From contig JANMKN010000280.1 of NCBI GenBank assembly GCA_031372065.1, positions 1 to 33,536 of the forward strand: 33,536 bases of DNA, read 5' to 3'. The notes under the pieces were generated by a model that ran no database searches, was not told where the DNA came from, and saw only the letters and a program-made list of their open reading frames with translations. Shown one piece after another: positions 9,208-18,891 of this stretch. This DNA is from Abditibacteriaceae bacterium (lineage in GTDB: Bacteria; Armatimonadota; Abditibacteriia; Abditibacteriales; Abditibacteriaceae). The position numbers and the translations under genes are program-made. Within the stretch, counting starts at the first letter, position 1, and each line of letters starts with the position of its first letter.

Positions 9208-10032
9208 ATGAATCTTCCGTGGCAAAAGCCGGCGCCTGACGAAAGCGATGTAGCCGAAGAATTCGTTGCATTCTTGCGCAAAGAATGGAGCGATTTAAAT
9301 ATCGCGGGCCATGATTCCGGTCACGTCGAACTCACCTTGCCGGGCGGCGCTGACGGCAAATTGTATTTGCATAAATTGCACGGCGCCATCGCGGGATTGC
9401 GTCATAATAATGCCAAAACGCGGCGAAAAATCTATGAAGGTTTCGCCACGCAAATGCTGGCGCCCGACAAGCAAATTCCCGAACTTGAAAAACTCAGCGC
9501 CGCTACTATGAGCGATAAAATTTATCCGCGCATCACGCGCCGCGATATTTTCGATTCGCTCGGCGATGATCTCACCGAAGCCGCGCCGCCTTCGCGCGCT
9601 TTTGGCGACACCGGTTTTTTCATCGTTTACGTCCTCGATTTCGATGACCGCGTGGCCTATATCATGAAAGCGCAGGCTGAAGCGCTGGAAATGGACGAAG
9701 AACAGCTTTTCCAGCAAAGTTTGGTCAATGCGCGTGTGCTTTTTCCGCGCGAAAAATGCCGCACGTTGATGGCGGAATTTGCACCGAAAAAAGTCGCGCA
9801 CTTTTTGGAATGCCCCGATGGTCACGCGGGTGCGCGCCTTTTAGTGATGCCCGAATATCTCGAAGAAAACGAAGAATTAGCCGCCATAATTCTTGAAAAC
9901 AGCGCCTTTTTGATGGCGCAAGTGCCGCCCGATAACAATTGGAATTCGCTGCGTGAATTGGCAAAACGCGGCGGCTCGCCGTTTGTGCAACAACCATTTC
10001 TCGTCACCAAAAACGGCGCCAAGGCGATGTAA
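9208..10032 (+). CDS. Hypothetical protein, possibly DUF1444-like
   Basis: 274-aa ORF with normal codon usage, tightly packed between neighbours. Pattern IYPRI...IVYVLD....AYI...L......L...S..N resembles DUF1444. Confidence 0.6.
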   Translation: MNLPWQKPAPDESDVAEEFVAFLRKEWSDLNIAGHDSGHVELTLPGGADGKLYLHKLHGAIAGLRHNNAKTRRKIYEGFATQMLAPDKQIPELEKLSAATMSDKIYPRITRRDIFDSLGDDLTEAAPPSRAFGDTGFFIVYVLDFDDRVAYIMKAQAEALEMDEEQLFQQSLVNARVLFPREKCRTLMAEFAPKKVAHFLECPDGHAGARLLVMPEYLEENEELAAIILENSAFLMAQVPPDNNWNSLRELAKRGGSPFVQQPFLVTKNGAKAM

Positions 10033-10034
10033 TT

Positions 10035-10451
10035 ATGAAGGTGATTCTGCCGATTCACGTCGTCGCTTTTGAAACCGATTTTGGCGGCGTGGTTTCCAAC
10101 ACACGCTATCTGGAATACATCGAACGTGGACGCTACGCGCTGATGCACACGGCGAATTTAAACGTGGCACAAGCACTCGAATTATGCGGCGCGCAGCCTG
10201 TTGTGCGTCATGTCGAAGTGGATTATCTGCAACCGGCGCGACACGAAGACGATTTGGAATTGCACATCCTTGTTGAATCACACCAAGGCGCGCGCACCGT
10301 TTTGCAATTTGAATTAATTCGTCCGCGCGACGGCGTTTTATTGATGCGAGCGCGGCAAACTTTGGCTTATCTTTCCAGTCATTGGAAGCCAGTGCGCGTG
10401 CCACAAATTTTCAAAGAAAAATGGTCAGTCGAGCAAGGAAAAACGGATTGA
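10035..10451 (+). CDS. Acyl-CoA thioesterase (4HBT/YbgC hotdog fold)
   Basis: ETDFGGVVSNTRYLEYIERGR, VDYLQPAR..D.L, KPVRVP. Confidence 0.9.
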   Translation: MKVILPIHVVAFETDFGGVVSNTRYLEYIERGRYALMHTANLNVAQALELCGAQPVVRHVEVDYLQPARHEDDLELHILVESHQGARTVLQFELIRPRDGVLLMRARQTLAYLSSHWKPVRVPQIFKEKWSVEQGKTD

Positions 10452-11590
10452 AACACAAAGACAAGAAGGCACAAAGAAGACATTTCCCAGAAATAAGAAA
10501 GTCACTCAATCTTCGTTTGAAATCTTTGTGTCTTTGTGTCTTTGTGTTTAATCTTTTCGGTTGTCATCCGCAAAGCACGCCAACAGTGTCCAAGCGCGTG
10601 GTGCTTTATTGCTCGGTAGATGATGTTTATGCCAAGCCGATTATCAAAGATTTAGAAATGCAAACCGGCTTAAAAATTGATGTGCTTTACGACACCGAAG
10701 CCGCTAAAACCGCAGGACTCGCCAATAAAATCCGCGCCGAAAAAAATCGACCCCAAGGCGATGTTTTTTGGAGCAGCGCGCTTTTGCAAACCTTGCTTTT
10801 AAACCGCGAAGGGCTGCTGCAACCCTACGTTTCGGCCTCTGCCAAAGATATTCCCGCCGCGTTTAAGGCCAAAGATGGCAGTTGGACTGGACTCGGCGTG
10901 CGGGCGCGTGTGATGGTTTGGTTAGGCGATGTTCCGCCTTATCCACGCACATTAACAGATTTATCAAATCCTGAATGGAAAAATCGTGTTGGCATCAGCA
11001 ATCCACAATTTGGCACGGCCAGCGACTGGGCGGCGGCATTATCCACGCGCTGGGGCAAGCAAAAAACCCTGAGTTATTTTCGCGCACTCAAGAAAAACGG
11101 CGTGCGCGTCTTGCCGGGCAACTCGGTAGTGGCCCAAAAAGTGGCAAATGATGAATTGGATGCGGGAATTACCGATTCAGACGATTACATTGCCCAATAT
11201 AATCAAGGCGGCGGCATCGAAGTCATAGACGATTATTTGTTTGAAGGGCGTTTGAAACAGCCGCGTTTGCGCGAACCAAAAACCATTAACGCTGTTTTAG
11301 TGCCCGGCTCGGTAAGTTTGCTCAAAGGCGCGCCACACCCGGAAGCCGCGCGAAAATTAATTGATAGCTTAATTTCGGCGCGAACGGAACAACATCTGGC
11401 TCAAGAAATGTCAGGCATGTTGCCATTGCGCGCGATGAGCAAAAGTTCTGCATGGCATTTTCGCAACAAAAAACGCGATCATTCAGGTGTGATATTGAAC
11501 CGGCATTTTATTCCCAATGACACCGAAAAGTGGCCCGCCGCGTGGGATGAAATTCGCGAACCTTTGGCCGAAATTTTATCGAACAATTAA
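10448..11590 (+). CDS. ABC transporter substrate-binding lipoprotein, Fe3+/AfuA-like
   Basis: Lipobox LFGC (Cys 10562), VVLYCSVD...A.PI, EK.RPQGDVFWS, NPQFGT, GNSVVA..VA..E...G.TDSDD. Start uncertain: in-frame TTG at 10448 (overlaps the upstream stop, AAGGA upstream) or TTG at 10517. Confidence 0.82.
   Translation: MKHKDKKAQRRHFPEIRKSLNLRLKSLCLCVFVFNLFGCHPQSTPTVSKRVVLYCSVDDVYAKPIIKDLEMQTGLKIDVLYDTEAAKTAGLANKIRAEKNRPQGDVFWSSALLQTLLLNREGLLQPYVSASAKDIPAAFKAKDGSWTGLGVRARVMVWLGDVPPYPRTLTDLSNPEWKNRVGISNPQFGTASDWAAALSTRWGKQKTLSYFRALKKNGVRVLPGNSVVAQKVANDELDAGITDSDDYIAQYNQGGGIEVIDDYLFEGRLKQPRLREPKTINAVLVPGSVSLLKGAPHPEAARKLIDSLISARTEQHLAQEMSGMLPLRAMSKSSAWHFRNKKRDHSGVILNRHFIPNDTEKWPAAWDEIREPLAEILSNN
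10451..10549. repeat. CACAAAG/CTTTGTG palindromic element, copy 1
   Basis: Left arm AAACACAAAGACAAGAAGGCACAAAGA (10451-10477); right arm TCTTTGTGTCTTTGTGTCTTTGTGTTT (10523-10549). Confidence 0.85.
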
Positions 11591-11857
11591 ATATCGCATC
11601 ACAAAAACCGGTTTGAGTTCTTCGACGCTATTTTCTGCCCTTAACGCGCCTATTTTCAAGCAGGAAAAATAAAATTGAGTGCTTCTTGCGATGAGCAATT
11701 ATCGTGAGAATTATACAATCAAGGTTTGAATGGGGGTTAGTTGGAGAAATAAAAAGCAGTTTTAAAGGCTTTGGCGGTCAGGGCGGTTAAGGAGTCTGGC
11801 GTTTTTTGTTTCTGCGCTTTTGCATTGCGCGTATAATTCCAACGGAAGAATCACGTT

Positions 11858-12427
11858 ATGCCTGAAATCTACGTCTCCACCGATGTCGAAACCGATGGCC
11901 CTATTCCCGGCCCACATTCGATGCTCTCGTTTGGCTCGGCGGCTTATCGCGACGATAAAACTTTAATCGCCACATTTGAAGCCAATTTGGAATTGCTGGA
12001 CGGCGCGCAGGGTCACCCCGACACCATGAAATGGTGGGAAACGCAGCCCGAAGCGTGGCAAGCGTGCCGCGAAAATTTGCAAGCGCCCGAATTGGCCATG
12101 AAAAAGTATGTAAAATGGCTCAAAGCCTTGCCCGGCAAGCCGGTTTTCGTGGCCTATCCGGCGGGTTTCGATTTTCTTTTCGTCTACCACTATCTGATTC
12201 GTTTCGCGGGTGAGAGTCCGTTTTCGCATTCGGCGCTCGACATGAAAACACTGGCGATGGCTTTAATGAAATGCCCCTATCGCGATGCCACCAAACGCCG
12301 TATGCCGCGTCATTGGTTCGATGAATTGCCGCACACGCACAAAGCGCTGGATGATGCCATCGAACAAGGCGCCTTATTTTGTAATATGCTGAAAGAACTA
12401 AAAGGGGCGCAGATTAGCGTGCCCTGA
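11858..12427 (+). CDS. DEDDh 3'-5' exonuclease (RNase T/RNase AS-like)
   Basis: STDVETDGP (Exo I), AGFDF (Exo II), HKALDDA (Exo III). TATAAT at 11832-11837 upstream. Confidence 0.85.
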   Translation: MPEIYVSTDVETDGPIPGPHSMLSFGSAAYRDDKTLIATFEANLELLDGAQGHPDTMKWWETQPEAWQACRENLQAPELAMKKYVKWLKALPGKPVFVAYPAGFDFLFVYHYLIRFAGESPFSHSALDMKTLAMALMKCPYRDATKRRMPRHWFDELPHTHKALDDAIEQGALFCNMLKELKGAQISVP

Positions 12428-12429
12428 CC

Positions 12430-14064
12430 ATGCGTTTTCGTGTGCCTCCCGTTTTCACCACATATTTGATTTTGTTTTTGTGGACGCCTTTTTTGTGGCT
12501 TATCGGCGCTGCCTTATGGCAAGCAGTTGCGCATAATCCAGCCTTGTTGCTGGAAATTTTTCCCGTTCGTGCATTGCAGCGTTCTTTGTTTTTCAATTCG
12601 CTCGTTTTAGCTGTTTTAGCGGGCCTATTGTCATGCGCTTTCGGCATTTTTCCGGCCTTGGTGATCGCGAGAGGGCCACGAATTTTGCGACCTTTTGTTA
12701 CCTTATTTTGCGCCTTACCGTTGGCCTTGCCGCCAACTTTGATGGCGACGGCATGGCTGGAAATTTCGCGCACGCCACCAGCGCGCTCGTTGGCCGCGCT
12801 GGGCGCCGATAAAGCTTTGCCCGTTGATGGCGTTTTCATCGCCGCGCCGGTTTTGGCGCTATGTTTTTTTCCGATTGCCGCTTTTGCGCTGGCCTTCGCG
12901 CTGCATTCGTTGCCGCCGTTTAGCGAAGAAGCAGCGCATTTATTCGGAGATAAGTGGCAGGCATTGCGGCGCTTTTATTGGCCGCTTTTGCGCCCCGCGA
13001 TTTTCGGCGCGATGGGCGCGACGGGCGCGCTGTCGCTTTGGGAAATGGGCGCTTGTGACTTGTTGGATGCGCGCACTTATTCAGTTGAAATTTACCGCGC
13101 CTTCAATGCGGGCGGTGAAGATACCATTGCCGCCTTACGCAGTTTGCCGATGCTTTTTATCGGCGCGTTTTTACTGTTTCCTGCTTTGCGCGCCCTTCAA
13201 TTTTATGGGCGCACGGACAGCATGGCGCGACAGGCTTTGCCCGGCACTAAAGCGGGAACAGGCGCATTATTCCTGTCGCTGCCACTGCTTTTTGTCGCTG
13301 TGGGAGGCCCGGTTTACGTTTTCGCGCGTCAATTGGGCAGCCTACACATTTTTTTCGATGTGTGGCGCGATAATTCCGAGGAATTGAACAATACAATCTG
13401 GCTTTCTACCCTCGCCGCGCCGCTGATAACATTTTTGGCCTTACTCGCCGTCACTTCATGGCGCCGTTGGACGGAGAGAACGCAAAAAACCGTGCTGGTG
13501 CTGGGCGTTTTACCGCTTTTGTTTCCGCCGATTACGCTTGGCATCGCGCTGATTAGTTTTTACAATCGCGACGCGTTTGCCCTTATTTACGGCGGTTTGG
13601 CGCCAACGGGCAACGCAGGACTTGATTGGGTCACCACCTTTTGCGCACGTTATGGCATGATGCTCGTCGGCTACGCGTCTCGCTTTTTGCCCTTAGCGTT
13701 GTGGATTTTGTGGGAAGCCGCGCGGCGCTTCGATGATGAATTACTCGAAGCCGCGCAAAACGTTGGCGCTTCGCCTTTTCAGGCCACGCGCACGGTTTTA
13801 TGGCCGCTTTTGCGTCCGTCAGTGGCAGGCACCACCATTTTGTTGTGGGCACTTTGCGCTGGAGAATTAACGGTTTCGATTTTGGTCAATCAACCCGGCG
13901 GGCAAACTATGCCGAAACCAATTTTCAACTTGATGCATATCGGCGAAAGTGACGCCGTGGCCGCGCTTTCGCTGACACTTTTTGGCCTTGTGACACTTGT
14001 CATTTTGCTCGGCGCTTTGGGTTGGCGCCTAACGCGCTGGCTCATTCGCTTGCGCTGTGCGTAG
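12430..14064 (+). CDS. ABC transporter permease, Fe3+/FbpB-type (two fused halves)
   Basis: Many TM segments and two EAA loops (EEAAHLFG; LLEAAQNVGASPFQ). Confidence 0.88.
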   Translation: MRFRVPPVFTTYLILFLWTPFLWLIGAALWQAVAHNPALLLEIFPVRALQRSLFFNSLVLAVLAGLLSCAFGIFPALVIARGPRILRPFVTLFCALPLALPPTLMATAWLEISRTPPARSLAALGADKALPVDGVFIAAPVLALCFFPIAAFALAFALHSLPPFSEEAAHLFGDKWQALRRFYWPLLRPAIFGAMGATGALSLWEMGACDLLDARTYSVEIYRAFNAGGEDTIAALRSLPMLFIGAFLLFPALRALQFYGRTDSMARQALPGTKAGTGALFLSLPLLFVAVGGPVYVFARQLGSLHIFFDVWRDNSEELNNTIWLSTLAAPLITFLALLAVTSWRRWTERTQKTVLVLGVLPLLFPPITLGIALISFYNRDAFALIYGGLAPTGNAGLDWVTTFCARYGMMLVGYASRFLPLALWILWEAARRFDDELLEAAQNVGASPFQATRTVLWPLLRPSVAGTTILLWALCAGELTVSILVNQPGGQTMPKPIFNLMHIGESDAVAALSLTLFGLVTLVILLGALGWRLTRWLIRLRCA

Positions 14065-14123
14065 CGCAGCATCGTTGCACAGCAGCACTGAATTCGCACG
14101 TAAACTGCAACCGATAACAAAAT

Positions 14124-14816
14124 ATGGACTGGCAACTTTTCGACGAACAATGGCGCAATCGCCATGAAATGGACACGCTGCAAAAACTGGTGGGCTTTTT
14201 TGGTCAGGCCGCGCCGGACACTGCCGACGACGAGTTTGCGTGGCGCTGGCGCCAAGCGCGCTTGCTGCACTTTCAAGCGATGCGGGCCGATGAAAATGGC
14301 AAAGTGCCGGAAGCGACACGTTATTTTAGCGACGGCGCAGCGCAGGCCAAACGAGCTGTTGAAATTATAAAATTCGGCGTCGAAGGTCATTTCTGGCACG
14401 GTGTGAACGCACTGGAAGCGGCGCGGCGCAAAGGCGCAATTTCGCTCGGCGCGTCCTATGGCGCGGCCAGCAAAGCGATTGAGCAATCCATGAAAATCGA
14501 TGAAGCCTATCACTTCGCCGGGCCGGTGCGCGTGTGGGGCCGCATCCAGCACATGAAACCGCTTTTGTTGGGTGGGAATCTCGATAAAGCTCTCGAAAGT
14601 TTCATTCGCGCCCGCCAAATTGCGCCGCACAATTCGACGACGAATTTATATTATGCCGAAGCGCTGTGGGCAGATCGCCAGCCTAAAGCGGCGCGCGCAG
14701 TGTGCGAACAAATCATCGCCGCTCCAGATGACGCCGATTGGCGATGGGAACAGCAGCGCGACCGCCAAAAGGCCGTCAAACTGCTCGAAGAAATCAATAA
14801 AGCGCGCGACAGATAG
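14124..14816 (+). CDS. TPR-like helical repeat protein
   Basis: Helical repeats (GHFWHGVN, IDEAY..AGP.RVWGR, GGNLDKALE..RA..IAP, LYYAEAL). Confidence 0.7.
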   Translation: MDWQLFDEQWRNRHEMDTLQKLVGFFGQAAPDTADDEFAWRWRQARLLHFQAMRADENGKVPEATRYFSDGAAQAKRAVEIIKFGVEGHFWHGVNALEAARRKGAISLGASYGAASKAIEQSMKIDEAYHFAGPVRVWGRIQHMKPLLLGGNLDKALESFIRARQIAPHNSTTNLYYAEALWADRQPKAARAVCEQIIAAPDDADWRWEQQRDRQKAVKLLEEINKARDR

Positions 14817-14862
14817 GCGCGTCGCCGAACTCTACGCAGGCGGCAGCCATCGAAAGAGCATT

Positions 14863-15921
14863 ATGCCCTTGAAATCGAAGAAAACGCGGCGCGATTATTC
14901 CTCGCTGCCGTGGCTTCGTCGCCCGCCACAGCGCACAATTGTCGCGTTGCTTTTGGTTTTTCTCGCGCTCTTTTTCGCTCATACAATTTGGCAGCCGGGC
15001 CGCGATGTTACCGACGGGCGCCATGATTTAAAACGCAACGCGTTGTGGCTGCAACATGGCTGGATAGGCGACGATAATTGGTTTCGAGACAACAAGCGCG
15101 AAGCGAAAAAACCGTTATTTCGCGACGTAAAAAAGCGGCGCGAATTTGCGGCGTCTCTCAAGCAAAATCACATCACCGATGTGTATCCGCATTTGTGCCC
15201 CATCCAAAGCGATGGCGCGATTATGCCGGTTGATGAAAAGCAGACCGAATTATTTTTGCGCGACCTAAAAGGCGTGCGCGTGATACCGTGGATTGGCGCA
15301 CCGCGCCAAGATTTAGACCCCCAAAATGTGGCGCGGCGCACAATATTTGTGCAATCGGCAGCAGCGCTTTTGAAGAAGCATCCGGGCTTGGCAGGCGTGC
15401 ATCTCAATGTCGAACCGTGGCCTGATGGCAGCCAAGAAATGCTTAAATTGCTGGACGAACTGCGAATTGCACTTCCCAAAGGAAAAATCATTTCTGTGGC
15501 AGCCTATCCGCCGCCAACATGGTGCCAACCGGTGCCCGAAGTGCATTGGAAACAAGCCTATTTTTTGCAGGTGGCAAAGCGCTGCGATCAGATGGCGGTG
15601 ATGATGTATGACACCGGAATTCGCAGTCGAAAAATCTATCAAGCCGTGATGCGCGACTGGACGCGCGATGTTTTGGCTTGGACGAGCGAACTTAAAAAAC
15701 CGCCGCAAATTCTGCTGGGTGTGCCGGTTTATGACGACGACGAATTGTATCATCGCCCCGGCGTCGAAAATTTGGAAACTGCGTTGCTCGGCATTCACGC
15801 TGGACTTGGCGAATTTCCCCAGTTGCCCAGTCAATATCAGGGCGTTGTCATTTACAGCGATTGGACGATGGACTCCGTCGAATGGCAATACTGGCGCGAG
15901 CATTTTTGTTCAGAAAATTGA
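14863..15921 (+). CDS. Membrane-anchored GH18-like TIM-barrel protein
   Basis: N-terminal TM helix, AGVHLNVEP at the DxxDxDxE position, DQMAVMMYD, ILLGVPVY. ATG at 14863 chosen because it avoids overlap with the upstream gene. Confidence 0.65.
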   Translation: MPLKSKKTRRDYSSLPWLRRPPQRTIVALLLVFLALFFAHTIWQPGRDVTDGRHDLKRNALWLQHGWIGDDNWFRDNKREAKKPLFRDVKKRREFAASLKQNHITDVYPHLCPIQSDGAIMPVDEKQTELFLRDLKGVRVIPWIGAPRQDLDPQNVARRTIFVQSAAALLKKHPGLAGVHLNVEPWPDGSQEMLKLLDELRIALPKGKIISVAAYPPPTWCQPVPEVHWKQAYFLQVAKRCDQMAVMMYDTGIRSRKIYQAVMRDWTRDVLAWTSELKKPPQILLGVPVYDDDELYHRPGVENLETALLGIHAGLGEFPQLPSQYQGVVIYSDWTMDSVEWQYWREHFCSEN

Positions 15922-16007
15922 GAGTCTTAAAGTGTCTCGCAACACCCCTAAAATCTATCGGTCTGAATCCTGACATGATGCTACATCACGCTTTACAAAG
16001 GACGAAA

Positions 16008-16544
16008 ATGAAACCACTTACAGGGGCCGCAATAGCCGCCGCTTTGTTTGTTTCAACGGCACACGCCAAAACCATTAAAATCTGCTTTGAGGCCGAAAGC
16101 GCTGCGACAATCAAGCCTGCGTTGGCGAAAATGACGCCCGGCCAAAATCCGGCATATTCGGGCAGCGGTTTTATTGATATTCCAATAGCAGCGCCGCGCG
16201 GTGTTGGTTTGGCCACCTACAAAATTAATGTCGCCATTCCGGGCAACTATTATGTTTTCGCGCGCACGGTTTACGCACCAGCCGGCGGCAATTCCATTCT
16301 TGTTTTGATCAATGGCACAGCGCGTATGCTCGGCGAGGATGGCACTTATGCCAAATGGCATTGGACTTCTAATCCAACTCCGGTTCACCTTAAAAAGGGC
16401 ATGAATGCATTCGTGCTGAAAAACCGCGAAACGGGCCTCAGAATTGACCAGTTTTTCCTGACCAACGACGGTGCTTACGAACCTACCCTGACTCGCCCCA
16501 TTACACACGACGGCGGCACAGGTAAGCTCATTTCCTCTCCTTAG
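16008..16544 (+). CDS. Secreted protein with a CBM6/35-like jelly-roll domain
   Basis: Signal peptide ending TAHA, FEAES, YSGSGFI, G.Y.VFAR, L.KG.N...L...E.G.RID; AAGGA upstream of the ATG. Confidence 0.65.
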   Translation: MKPLTGAAIAAALFVSTAHAKTIKICFEAESAATIKPALAKMTPGQNPAYSGSGFIDIPIAAPRGVGLATYKINVAIPGNYYVFARTVYAPAGGNSILVLINGTARMLGEDGTYAKWHWTSNPTPVHLKKGMNAFVLKNRETGLRIDQFFLTNDGAYEPTLTRPITHDGGTGKLISSP

Positions 16545-16566
16545 TTCAAAAACTGTCGCACTCTAA

Positions 16567-16609
16567 AAACAAAAGCGATGAACTGAGTTTCGGTTCATCG
16601 CTTTTGTTT
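16567..16609. terminator. Bidirectional intrinsic terminator between convergent genes
   Basis: AAACAAAAGCGATGAAC-tgagtttcg-GTTCATCGCTTTTGTTT. Confidence 0.85.
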
Positions 16610-16629
16610 AGGCTAATCTTTTACGCTTC

Positions 16630-18873
16630 TTACGGCTTCGGCGCGTAGAGTTCCACTTCCCACAGGCGCGAAATGCTGCCGGGCGTCGCGGTGATGACGA
16701 GGCGCATTTTACTGCTGGTAACAGGCGCAAATTTAAGTAACCAATTCGGATTTTCGTTACCTTCCACCTTTGCAGCGGGAATGTCCTTCCATTCTTTGCC
16801 GTCGTGATATTGCAGCACGAAATCGCTAATGGGGTCGGTAACTTCGCCATCGTGCGCCCAGCCTGTCAGAATGCGCGCCGCACCGACGGTTTGGGGCTTG
16901 TCCCATGTAAATTCGATGAGGTGCGGCAGCGGCGGCGTTTTGCCAACCCAACGTTTGCTGGTGTCGGTGGAGAAATCGCCGTCGTTAATCATTTTTTCCG
17001 TGCCCGCCACCATCGGCTCTGGCGCGCTGACTTTCGCTTTGAGCGCTACATTGTCGCCGACTTGACCAAGCAAGGTGTTTTTGAAATTTACGACAACAGG
17101 AGCAGGCGGCGGCACTTTACTGAGCGGCTGGTTGAACATCGCAATCAGTTCGTCCAGATGTTTGGTGTAAATTTCGCGCGGCGTGCAATCGTATTTTTTG
17201 CAAAGCGAGGCAGCGCGTCCCACGACTTCGCCCATCATGCCGGTTGTGCCCTGCACGCGCACCGGGCCGAGCGCGATGCCATCCACGCTAATGTCGCGCC
17301 CCGCCATAAAGAGGTTTGGGATATTGCGCGAGTAAAAGCAGCGATACGGAATGGGATACGGCCCGCCCAAATACTTGCCGAACTTGGCGATAGACATGAA
17401 TTCTTGCCCCGGCGCTTCGCTGGCTTGCTTGGGTTCGGGGTAATGCACGTCAATGTCCCAAGTGCAAGACACGCAACTGTCAGGGAAAAGATTGCGCTTA
17501 GTCACATCGTCGCCGGTGAGATAATAATCGCCGAGCAAGCGGCGCGATTCGCGCTTGCCCGAAACATAAGCAGCCCAACCTATTTTGTGATTGGGATGCA
17601 ATTTCTTATCGTTTTTGATGGCCGCCCACACGCTATACATTGAGCGCAGATTGTGGTCGCGAATCATTTCTACATCGGCAATAGTGTCTTTATCGAAGCC
17701 GCTTTCCCAGTTCCACTTGCCCAGTTGATCGAGGTGAATCGGATAGCTGCGCTTGCTCATGTCCACCATCCACGGTTCTTTGAGAAACGAAACGGCTTTA
17801 CCGGTATCCACGGGCATCCACATATTGCTGGTTCCCATGTGGCGCTCTTTGTTGAACTCGAAATCGGCGCCCGCCAAATAACCGATGGTGCCGTCGCCGG
17901 TGCAATCGACAAACTGGCGCCCGCGATAAATTTGCTCGCGGCTCGTCATGGTATTGCGCGAAGTCACGCTGACAATTTTGCCGGCTGTCATTTCAACAGC
18001 AAAAGCGCGCTCATTGAGAAACAGCGAAACATTCGGTTCGGCTGTCACGACTTTCAATTTCTTGTCGTCGCCGAAAAGTTCGGGCTTGCCGGGGCTGCTT
18101 TTGGGATTGGAATAAAGTTCGTCCACGATTTCGCCTAAAATCGGATACGGCGGCTGGCGGCGCTTGCCCTGAATCCAAACCTGAATTTCGCTGCTGCTAT
18201 TGCCACCCAAAACCGGACGATCTTGAATCAGCGCCGCTTTCAAACCCAAGCGCGCGGCTGTGACTGCTGTGGCGCAACCGGCCACGCCGCCGCCAACAAC
18301 CACAATATCGAAATTGCCCGCTTCGACGGGCTTTTCGGGCACGCCAAGCAGCGTTTTACGCCACGGCGTCATGGTTTTCAGGTCGTTGGGCGGCGAAAAA
18401 TTGGCTTCATCGCTGAAAACAAGGGCGTCGCAACGGCCCTCGAAACCCGTCAAATCGTGCAACGCCAATTCGTTGGCGCCTTGCCTCAGCGCGATAGTTC
18501 CGCCGTCGTGCCAATGCCAATCGGCGCCTTCGGTTCCAAAAGTGGGTGCCAGAGTTTTGCCGCCGACCACAACTTGAAACTTGCCGGGCGCACCGGGCGC
18601 TTTAAAACGCTCAATCCAGTTGATAGTGCGCACCCAGACGTGATAATTTCCGGCTTTGGGCGCGTTAAAAGTGGTTGTCGCATCGGCTACTGGCTCGCCG
18701 AGGCCATGTGCCAACAAATACGGCGACCCCATCACGTCCATTGCCTGCGGATCGTTGACCCAGCCACCGGTTTTGGTGAAACCTTCGGCCTCCACTAAAA
18801 TTGTCGTCGCGCGTGCGGGCACAATCGCAGCGCTCAAAACCGACAGCGCCGCTACCATCTTGAAAAATTTCAT
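16630..18873 (-). CDS. Secreted FAD-dependent oxidoreductase with N-terminal jelly-roll and C-terminal discoidin (F5/8 type C)-like domains
   Basis: Signal peptide, DIVVVGGGVAG..TA..AAR.G, LGGNSSSE, DCTGDG..GYLAGA, GKRESRRL.GD, NLFMAGR.IS. C-terminal ..RW..DF.LQY..G..W..RLWEVELY. AAGGAG ribosome-binding site. Confidence 0.88.
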   Translation of the reverse strand: MKFFKMVAALSVLSAAIVPARATTILVEAEGFTKTGGWVNDPQAMDVMGSPYLLAHGLGEPVADATTTFNAPKAGNYHVWVRTINWIERFKAPGAPGKFQVVVGGKTLAPTFGTEGADWHWHDGGTIALRQGANELALHDLTGFEGRCDALVFSDEANFSPPNDLKTMTPWRKTLLGVPEKPVEAGNFDIVVVGGGVAGCATAVTAARLGLKAALIQDRPVLGGNSSSEIQVWIQGKRRQPPYPILGEIVDELYSNPKSSPGKPELFGDDKKLKVVTAEPNVSLFLNERAFAVEMTAGKIVSVTSRNTMTSREQIYRGRQFVDCTGDGTIGYLAGADFEFNKERHMGTSNMWMPVDTGKAVSFLKEPWMVDMSKRSYPIHLDQLGKWNWESGFDKDTIADVEMIRDHNLRSMYSVWAAIKNDKKLHPNHKIGWAAYVSGKRESRRLLGDYYLTGDDVTKRNLFPDSCVSCTWDIDVHYPEPKQASEAPGQEFMSIAKFGKYLGGPYPIPYRCFYSRNIPNLFMAGRDISVDGIALGPVRVQGTTGMMGEVVGRAASLCKKYDCTPREIYTKHLDELIAMFNQPLSKVPPPAPVVVNFKNTLLGQVGDNVALKAKVSAPEPMVAGTEKMINDGDFSTDTSKRWVGKTPPLPHLIEFTWDKPQTVGAARILTGWAHDGEVTDPISDFVLQYHDGKEWKDIPAAKVEGNENPNWLLKFAPVTSSKMRLVITATPGSISRLWEVELYAPKP

Positions 18874-18891
18874 GAATCAACTCCTTATCGC

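Noticed and set aside
14572..14862. N-terminal extension of the 449-aa ORF
   Set aside because: Overlaps the TPR gene in another frame; ATG 14863 precedes the TM anchor.
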